Origin: Chlorokybus atmophyticus
Taxonomy: Eukaryota > Plantae > Mesostigma and Chlorokybus algae
Assembly: GCA_009103225.1 (NCBI GenBank)
Contig: RHPI01003330.1
Location: 524,730-588,729, forward strand
Direction of reading: 5' to 3'
Length of the DNA: 64,000 bases
Both the position numbers and the translations under genes were made by a program. The notes beneath the pieces were generated by a model. That model saw only the letters and a list, made by a program, of their open reading frames with translations, searched no databases and had not been told where the DNA came from. Below, piece after piece: positions 53,601-64,000 of this stretch; position 1 is the stretch's first letter, and each line of letters starts with the position of its first letter.

Positions 53601-54515
53601 GCGTTCTGTCTGATGTTGATGTGATCGTGACACCTACCACAGCGTAAGTACCCACCCCTGCCCTGCCAGCACTTTGGTAGTGATGGTATGTTCACACGCG
53701 CCTGTTGCGCTCTACAGGATGACCGCACCCGCCATGCATGCAGATGCGGCAATCACTGGGGAATCCGACATCACTGTGACAGGTTGGGACCCTGCTTGGG
53801 GACCTGCACATTACAAGCTCTTCATATGAAGCTGATCTTGCGCCTGGCATGTAACGCTAACACGCAATGTGCGCACCAACGCTTGCAGGTAACCTGATGC
53901 GCTTCATCCAAGGGGGAAACTTTGTGGGGTTGCCAGCTATCAGCGTGCCGGTAAGTCAACCAAAGCTTACCACCCAGCTTGCAAAGCGTGCATCTGTTGT
54001 GCGTGACAAGCAGGGTTACAGAGTGACCTCATTGTAAACAAGCACAGTAGTAGCATCTGTCTGCTGCTGGTGGCCAGATTGGAGTTGGAGTGGAATATAT
54101 GCTTGCGATACCTCAAAATGCTGGCACTGCATAGCCCCTTGGCATGCCCCGCATCAGAATGATTTGTATTTGTACTTTTTTATTTTGGACTTGCATGCAT
54201 AGTGTTCATTGTATGAATGTGTGTTATGGGTTTGCAGGTGGGCTATGACAGTCAAGGACTCCCCATTGGCATCCAGTTGATAGGGCGTCCTTGGGGAGAG
54301 GCTTCGCTGTTGCGGCTGGCATCTGCTATTGAGGTTAGTTGCACACCGTCTCTCAAGTACTAGCAGCGGTTGTGGCACATGTTGGGTTCAACATTCTATG
54401 CTTGAGCTTCAATCTGCATATGACCACCCTTGTCCATGAGCAGCTGGTGACCGCGCCTTACCGCCAGAAGCCCAAGCTGTATTGCGAGCTGCGGGAGTTG
54501 CTGGGGCAAAAGTGA
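50696..54515 (+). CDS. FAAH: Plant-type fatty acid amide hydrolase (amidase signature family)
   Basis: [30 protein letters not shown]; [25 protein letters not shown]; [19 protein letters not shown]; [42 protein letters not shown]; [13 protein letters not shown]; TGA at 54515. Start may be 50696 or 50738. Confidence 0.92.
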
Positions 54516-55085
54516 AGTGTATGATACCAGCAGGATGAAGGTTGTCTGATGTCAACGACATAGCACCCAAGGGATTGCGGTTGCCTGCGTGTAGATTGAT
54601 GCTCTATGCAACTTGGCACTTTGCTACCATAGCTGTGCTGTCCAGCACAGCAGCACAGTGCGATGCAGCTGCCCAGCAGCGCAATATCGCAGTGCAATGC
54701 AGGCAGGCAATCACTGTGTGGATTGCTGAGAAGTTTCAAGCGGTTTCTTGTGTGAGTACAAAGAATTCAATGCCGTGATTGAAACAAGCATGACAAGCGC
54801 GATACGCGCATGCACTCACCGCCCTACAGCACATAATAACCATGTTAAAATACCACCACTGGGCTATGTACTCGAGTGTTCAACGAGTGCCTCACCTCAC
54901 CCGGTCACCATCGCACTGCCGCACACAGGCTAGATAGTTGCAGCATAACGTGAATGCCGCATGTGGTTCAGATTGTGGATGTCAGAACAACAAAGGTCCT
55001 GTGTGAAATGTGTGCAGCACCAATGAGTTTGTGCGGTATTGTAGAGTTTGAATCAGTACGATACTGGACTGCATGGTTACATAGT

Positions 55086-55490
55086 ACCATCCCAATGGCA
55101 GCCGAAACCCACGGGTCGCTTGGAGGAGCGTTCAACGCGCTCATCGCCAAGTGCGCCAAACAGGCGGTGTACCAGCGTGGCCTGGCGCTGGGGCGTTTGA
55201 GCGGCTTTGTTGCCATGTACAGGCAGCGGGTGGCGTGTGCGCTACAGCGAGCGCAAGGTCTGGCGCTGCTGGAGCGCGGAGCAGCAGCGGTGGCAGCGGT
55301 CCCGGGCTGGGTGCCGCTGCAGATGGTGCCCGCAACGGCGGAGGAGGACGCTGTCCTCGCTGGCGCGTCGTGAGGGGTCTAGTATTTTGCATGTGTACGT
55401 GCGCTAGCGCACTAGCGTCAGTGTACGTATTTTGGTTGGGCATGGACATGTTCCTGGACCCTTGCCCGTGTTGCCTTTTGATGTGCCAGT
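55086..55490 (+). mobile_element. 5'-truncated fragment of an RLE-type non-LTR retrotransposon (ORF C-terminus + putative 3' UTR)
   Basis: Abruptly GC-rich, intronless segment encoding IPMAAETHGSLGGAFNALI...MYRQRVACALQRAQGLALLERG. This matches the hPhAhET.G..G / QR.s.aLQR..A C-terminal signature of restriction-like-endonuclease LINEs. No clear TSD. Confidence 0.6.
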
Positions 55491-55871
55491 AGTGTTTGTT
55501 CAGTACTTGGCATTGCTGCGCACGTCAACACAACATTTCTGCAGTGTACATAGTGTTTTCAGTTGACAAACTCAATTGTGCACCCACACCAACAATCTGC
55601 GCAACAGCCGCCACACAGTACACAAGAAAACACGGTGGAATAAACCACCTCAACCTTCCAGTTCCCTTACAGCGTTGCTATTACAACTTGGTTATTACAA
55701 ATTTGTCGCGGTACAGCCATCATATCCACCAAGACCAATAATAACTTGTCGCTCTTGACGCAGTCTTAAGATTCTGCAAGTACATCATGATCATCATCCA
55801 TCACCATTGCACTGCTGTTTGTTGATACGTATTTGGCAAATCTTTGTTGGCACCTGAGCCAGCCAAACCTG

Positions 55872-57000
55872 TCATGAATGTTGTACTGCTTCACTATCCT
55901 GGGCATCCTTCAACAGCCCAGATCCATACAAGCGTAGCGCCTTCTGCGCAACCTCTGCAGACAGATAGCGCGCATTCTGTCAACACACCACTGCATGACA
56001 CACCCACTCACCATCTCAACAAATGCTCCTCACCATCGCACAGCGGCGTCACATTCTCCAACCTTTGCAGCTCAGGTAGCGTCACCCATTGCAGCGCATC
56101 AACATCTGTCGCTGCATCATCATACGTGTTACTCGTTATGCCAAGTGTGCCGCAGCTGTGCTGTCTTTAATGCTCATCGTTGTGTCAAACACAATGTCAA
56201 CATGTCGTACCTGCAACGCCTTCAACTGTAGGGTCCGCTGGCATGGCTGCAACCTGTTGCATACACGCATTGTGCCAACAATGACACGCTGACACTATCG
56301 AGTAAAGACAAAAGGGAGACAACAAAGGCACAACGGACACAGTCAATACCTCAACCAATGCGAAATGAAATGCAATCTCCCCGTCGGCTCCGTGTGAGAT
56401 TGCATCAACGGCGGTGAATGCCTCCGGCATGGACAGCGTGCCCCGCCCGCCAGCACATCTGCACACAGCTATTCCGTATACGACCTTGAGCATGTCAACT
56501 TGATTGCTTCGTACGGGGAATAACCCATCCAACTTCAACAGCAGCGCAATACCTCAGCGCTATGCCAGTCTCTTCAAGCGTCTCGCGCATAGCTCCTTGC
56601 ACAATTGTTTCACCTAAGAAGAGAAGGTCGTAGTTTTGCCAACAAAATTGCAACATGCGTTCCAACAAACTTGCACAGGACCAGAAAGAGTCACAACACA
56701 CCACAGCCAGAATTTGTGCGGACAAATTTTTGTAACATGCAGCGACAAACTAACATGAAAGTGTGCGCGCTTGGTATGTGCCACATACCCAACTCAAGAC
56801 TGCCACCAGGGAAGGACCACATGCCCTTGGCGGGCTGCTTGGCGCGCCGCACCATCAGGAAGTGAATGGCGTGCTGCGGGTTCGCAGAAGCTTCGCTCGC
56901 CTCAACAACCTTGTCTTTGTGCAAAGGCGGACGCATCACCACAGCGCTCACGCCCACGCGAGGGGCATCGAGCTTCTTCGGGACTGTGCATAGCACCAAA
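55872..57000 (-). CDS. Nudix hydrolase (NUDT1/ADP-ribose pyrophosphatase-like); first exon not located
   Basis: PRVGVSAVV; FLMVRRAKQPAKGMWSFPGGSLELG|ETIVQGAMRETLEETGI (Nudix box split by an intron); FHFALVE; DVDALQWVTLPEL. Confidence 0.88.
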
Positions 57001-57697
57001 ACGAACAACAATTTACGATTGATTTGAAGATACACGCCAGTGCAAAGTTGAGTTGTTGGTGGTTACCTGGTTGGGGTGTTGCGGCTTGCATGCTGGTGGA
57101 GAAACGACACACGTGTAGTGAAGGCAGCGCTGCGGCGCCCAACAACTGCGCTGTTCTTCTGCTCTTGCACACGCCTGTGCACGCATGCAAGACAAGACAC
57201 CAATTGCATGACCGCTTTTGTCAAAGCTTGCAATGCGCACGCTCGCACGCATGCACGCACCAGTGAGCGTAATGCACTACCATTCTGCGAGTTTGACTGT
57301 GTAGACTTTGGTCTTGTCGTGGATACAAGCCACTATTGATACTGCGACACTGAGCAGCTGTTTTGAAACTGTTCTATGCGTTTACAGCCCAAGACAACTC
57401 AGTGAAGTTGGATGCCGCATGCACGGATGCCAGCTGCTGCCGCAATGGGCATGCACTACAATAACAGTGCTACAGCCTGCTCGCAACAACAGCCTGCTTG
57501 AGTTTTTACTGGTGTGTCAAGCAACACATGCTAACACACAGCGATGTTGCGTAAGATTGAGGCTGCCGCTGCTATGGTCAGCCCACTACTTGAGCTCATG
57601 TGCGAGCTTCACCAGCTAGGTGTCTCTATCCAACGCAGGCATAAATGCATGCAAGCGGCAAGCTGACAGGCCAAGGCTTACTACCAAATCAAGGTGA

Positions 57698-59379
<1,682 letters not shown>

Positions 59380-60279
59380 GCGTGTTGCGCGGTGTAAAGT
59401 AGGGGCATTGGTAAAATGGTAGCATGTGTTGTTGTGCGCCAGCAAAGGTGCGCGTTGCTGTATTGATTGGCATAGTTGTTGCAGTTGTGTTCATTGTGAT
59501 CTAGCGCAGAAAGTAGTACAGGTTGTAGGGCATTGGATAGTGCAGACTTAGTGTTGTATACAACAATGTATTGCAGTTGAATGAGTGGCCAGGCATTTAG
59601 CTGGAGAGTGATGTGTGCGTTGCGTGCGTTGTCTGCTCGCATAGGCATGCTGGATAGCTGTGCCGCCAGCAGACAGTAACATGCTGGTTAGTGTGCAAGC
59701 AAGCCAGCACGCACGCGACAAAGATGTGCCCACAACACAAACTTTGTGACGTCCATGGCCATTGTGCATACGATCAAGCAACCACTGTATGCAGGCGCGC
59801 GCACATCAGACACTGATATTGCAACCAAAACAACATGGCAAGCAGTTCGTCCATACCTAACCATACGCGCGCGCATGCATGCCTACTTTGGATTGATGCA
59901 CCCCCCACCCCCACCCCACGCACGCCGGGGGGGGGGGGGGGATTTGAAGCCACGCAGCATCTTGAAGTCCCATCTTGTCCACGACGCTGCTGAGTTTTCC
60001 TTTCATGTCAACGGCGAGTACATAACGTTTCACATGGCAAGGAAGAGTCCCATATTCATGCTGCAGCCCAAGAAGACTCTCGTGTCGCCCTTTGACCCAG
60101 CACTGAAAACCAGCACGCGCTGGAGTACAGCGCCGTCAGAGACCACTGCATAATGCGTCTGGCTAGCATGCAGTAGCTGCTCGCTGACGTCAATGGCGAG
60201 CTGGAATCAGTCACCCCGACTGCTGCAGAGTCCAGATGGGGAAGGTTGACGCAGATGAGGATGCAGAGGTACCCTGCGG

Positions 60280-60371
60280 GCCCTTGCAGATGTGTTCGGT
60301 GAGGTTGCATAAGCGCGGCAGTTGTCTCAAGGGCGCGCAGGATACGGCTCACCGAACACATCTGCAAGGGC
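60280..60371. repeat. Perfect 24-bp inverted repeat with 44-bp spacer
   Basis: gcccttgcagatgtgttcggtgag (60280-60303) and ctcaccgaacacatctgcaagggc (60348-60371). Confidence 0.95.
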
Positions 60372-60930
60372 TTCTCCACATATGAACAGCGCATCATCAA
60401 CCTCCTCAGCGGTAATGTGTACACTAGGTATAAACTGCACTGTCTCGCTTGCATCTGAAACAATCAATTGAGAATTGTAAGCTGCTTGCATGTTTCCTTA
60501 CATGTGGCCATGCAAACACTACTCAAATATTCGCAGTTGATGCATTCAACACTACAGCATTCATCCCACAGCCGCATGTCATGCAAGGACACATGTGCAC
60601 ACGCATTACGTTGTTTTACCTGCTGTCTCAATCAACATAGCGCGGCCGTAACACTCTCGGAAAACTTCCATGGCAACCCCTTTCACCGGCTTCAAGCTTC
60701 ATCTGAGCCGCCTAACTTTGCCGCCACCATCAGACCCCTCACTCGGACATCGGTGATAGGGTACCGCTTTGCGAGATCCGCGAGTCCCTAAACACAAATA
60801 CGCATCAATATGCAACCAGCTGCCTGCTGGACGCAAATGCGACTCAGTGTCCCAACAATGACGCATACCTGCACAAGTTGTTGACGGCGCTGAGTGGCGT
60901 TGGTAAGCACAGGTTCCTCTGTACTGAAGT
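60327..60930 (-). pseudogene. Degenerate C-terminal exons of a class-III aminotransferase (GabT/PuuE-like)
   Basis: EEPVLTNATQRRQQLVQ|GLADLAKRYPITDVRVRGLMVAAKLG-(frameshift)-VAMEVFRECYGRAMLIETAG|VQFIPSVHITAEEVDDALFICGEALADVF. Exon 60787-60620 is 168 nt but needs 3n+1. Confidence 0.65.
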
Positions 60931-61673
60931 TTGAGACTTCCGAGGCCGGGCCCTCATGTCCAGGTGGCAGTCAAGCAGCGTCTGTAAATCACGACTGATC
61001 GTTTCCAACATCTCACTAAGGGTTTCCCCGTTGGTAATAACCATTGCGTCACTCTGGTCGTCCATGGTGGTGTTGAGGGTCACCACGGAACTCAGCTTAT
61101 TCAGCTTGATGGTGAATTCGTTTGCAAACTTTTGAAACCGTGCAGGCGCAGCTGCAACTACAAATGCAGCTTGCAGCAACAGTGTATGCTCAAGACTGAA
61201 CAACACTAAACAGCAGGAAGCAGACAAGGACAACACACACCTTTCAGCCTTACCGGAATAATCGCTTTGGCCGGCCTGAGCAGCACCTCACATCACCCTC
61301 TGCGCAGCAGCCAAGCAGCCTCCAGGCTTCCTCGCCGCAGCCGCCAGCTGGCGTAAGGCAGGACGACGCTTCTGCGCTGCACCACCTCGAAGGGAACGGT
61401 GGCGCAAGCCCTCCTGCCGCCATCACCGTCGCCGTCGCCACCGTCGCCGCAACCTCCCCCGCAAGTGTATGACTTTGGCGCTGGGACTGAGTACAAACGT
61501 TACGAATTTCAAAACCCCAACCCTAATTGATGTGTGCAACGGGCATGTGGGCGAGGACGTAGCCACCGTCGTCGTCGTTGGCCGGCATGTGGTTCTGCGA
61601 CGCCTTCGTATTTGCCACGCAACAGCTGCGGTGGTAGCGCAATGGCTACTGGTTGTGTTAGCAGCAGCGCAGC

Positions 61674-64000
61674 ATGACTGCTGCTGAGCATGAGGAGGTT
61701 GACGGCGCTGCCGCCGCCGCGGGTGGTCTCGACAGTGCTGGCGGCGGCGGACTGGGGGGAGCTGATGTTGCTGATGCTGTCAAAACTGACCAGAGGTTAT
61801 GCCAAACAATGTTACTTCGCAGATGTTGACAACTGCGAAGCTCATTGACTGTTTACGTTCATTTATACCAGCTCGTTACAAGCTTGTCTTCAAGACAGCA
61901 ATGGCATGGTACTGCTACCAACACCAGTCAGAGATTTATGATCTTGCAAACAACCAGGGCAGCAGCACGTTGGGGCTGCCATATCATATTTTACACTTGA
62001 TATACTCATTGTTGGTGAAGAAGCTTTGTTCAAGTCTCTCACATTTGAGCTTTGTACCTTCAGGTTGTCGCTGCTGCTGCAGCAGCGTGAGCAGGAGGTT
62101 GCCAGCTTGCGGGAGCAGAGGCTGCACATGCTTGAAGCAAAGGCATGACCTTGCGCTGTGTTGGTCAATATAAGAACTTCTTGACTGCTTTCACCGTAAC
62201 ACTGCTGCACTGTTTAAGTGAATATGTGTACTTGCAGATATGGGAAAAAGATGCAGAGCTCGCCGCAGTCCAAAACCAGCTGGCACAGCTCAAAGACGAC
62301 TTTCAGGTGGGGTTAATTTAGGTGATCACGCCAGCGCGCACAATGAGTTGGCTGTTCAGTACTTGTGCACTTTGCTTGCAGCAACTCTTTTTGGTGCTGT
62401 GCAGTACAACTTGAAGCTTTTGGATGAGCGAGATGCTGAGCTACAGCAGTATGACGCTTTATTCCTGGCACTCCAGGTAATTCAGCTTGTGCATTCATTT
62501 GTACCCACACGCACACACGCACGCACGTGCACAAGCACACTCGCACCCACAACTTATGCACCCATGCAGAAGGCAGCCAACAATAATGAAACGCTGCTGG
62601 CTGAAGCGCAAACCCAGCTTGCGGCAGCACAAGCGCATGTCAAGCAGGTACAGTCAGTTGCATATGCGGCAATGTAATCAGCAGTACTGCTGCTCTAAAG
62701 AGCTATGCATGAGCAGGAGCAAGGCAGGTTGCGCGACCTTGAGGTGCACTACCAGCAGAAGCTTGTGGATCTCACTGACCAGGTGTGTGCGTGCATGCTT
62801 TCCTGCGTGTGTAGTCATATGCGTGTATGTGCATTTCTGTGTGCGCACGCGTGCATGCGTGTGAGTGTGCGCACGCACATGCTTACATGCACGTACGAAT
62901 GTGTGCGATGCTCTCATTGTGCAAGCAGATGCCTGTGTGCACTGCGTGTCTTGGTTAGCATTGGTCCTTCTTGGGCAGTTGTCACCTTCATACTTCTGTT
63001 CATGTCCCTCAGGTGGAGGCACAGCGATTTATACAAGATGAAGCTCTGCGCAGGCAGAAGGAGCAGTTTGAGGAAGTCAAGCGAGGTGTGTTAGTAGAGC
63101 CCTGACAGTAAGCACTATTACTGCATCAAAAGAGTTGATTGATATATCAGAACACTATTACAGGCTTGTTGCGCCAGCTGGCGGCCAAAGAGGAGGAGCT
63201 TGAGCGACAGCAGCACGTGCTGCTCAACAACTGTGATGAAGCTTTGAGACAAAAGGAGGCAGAGTATGAGGTGCGTTGATTGAGCAGTTGGCGCGCCAGC
63301 TCTCTGCAATTGGTATGTACCAAGAGAATCAACAACTATTGTGCTGCAGCGGCGCTGGCATGAGTTGGAGGCGACTGCGCTTGAATGCGAGCAGAAAGCC
63401 AACCAGATGGTAAGCAACACAGCTGATTGCAACGAGTGTTGCATGCCATACAGAGCAACATCAAGCACTTTGCGTTTGGCTGTGAAGTAGTAGCAATTGT
63501 TGCATGCTCATGGCTCTTCGAGGGTACACATGAATTTTGACATAGACTTGTGGTTGTTGTGCCAGCTGCGTGAGATGGAAGCAACCAAGCATGCCGAGTC
63601 TCAGCAGCGAGAACAGGCGGAGCATGCCAAGGCTGCTCTGTTGGCCAAGGAGCACGAGCTCACAGTAAGTTGCTTGATGTTTTCTGTCCTGCAAGCAGTC
63701 TCATGGCCTGTTGACTCCAACACGCATGAGGGCAAGTGTGTTATGACTATTCAGGCTGTGAAGAGGGAGCTCGAGAACACAAAGCACACGAAGGATGCTG
63801 CGGTGACTGATCTTGTCCACGCCAAAGAGGATGCGCAGCGCGCTCTGCAGCAGCTGCGCGAAGAGTACAAGTCCAAGTTGACGCTAGCGGTACCATGTTC
63901 ATCCGCAATGCATGCAACAATTGGTTCATTGTTGCGCGTGTTTGTTGTTTATGTGTATTGTTGCAAGCAGAAGGAGGAGTGCATTGCAATGTCACAAGCG
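61674..64000 (+). CDS. CCDC57: CCDC57-like coiled-coil centriolar protein, N-terminal part (continues off the right edge)
   Basis: Spliced LLLQQREQEVASLREQR...LAQLKDDFQYNLKLLDERDAELQQYDALF resembles the CCDC57 N-terminus (EDFxYNLxxLxERDxELxxYD). Many short E/Q-rich exons follow. Confidence 0.7.

Overview
Intron-rich eukaryotic genomic DNA with four N-gaps, most likely from a flagellate green alga. This is an inference from a primary-plastid Tat-targeted TPR protein, plant-type RPAC1, FAAH and cyclophilin, plus a 4-domain Ca2+ channel and a CCDC57-like centriole gene. Conserved housekeeping genes flank a ~23 kb accessory block (16-39 kb). The block holds two interleaved paralog families. (i) Four copies of a 5-exon gene encoding an N-terminal MG motif, an IFI44-like P-loop GTPase domain and a C-terminal C3HC4 RING; two are intact and two are pseudogenes. 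(ii) Three copies of an unannotated gene with a GNAT-like C-terminal domain; two are intact and one is a pseudogene. One GTPase-RING gene and one GNAT-like gene form a head-to-head pair that was duplicated as a ~5 kb inverted unit with its intergenic DNA, and both genes of the second unit decayed. This is a candidate paired immune or toxin-antidote module. Downstream lies a cell-surface protein with an alginate-lyase (PF05426-like) domain lacking the catalytic His/Tyr, two TSP1 repeats and a GPI-like tail. Exon structures were derived by hand from splice signals and frame continuity; family assignments come from remembered motifs, not database searches.
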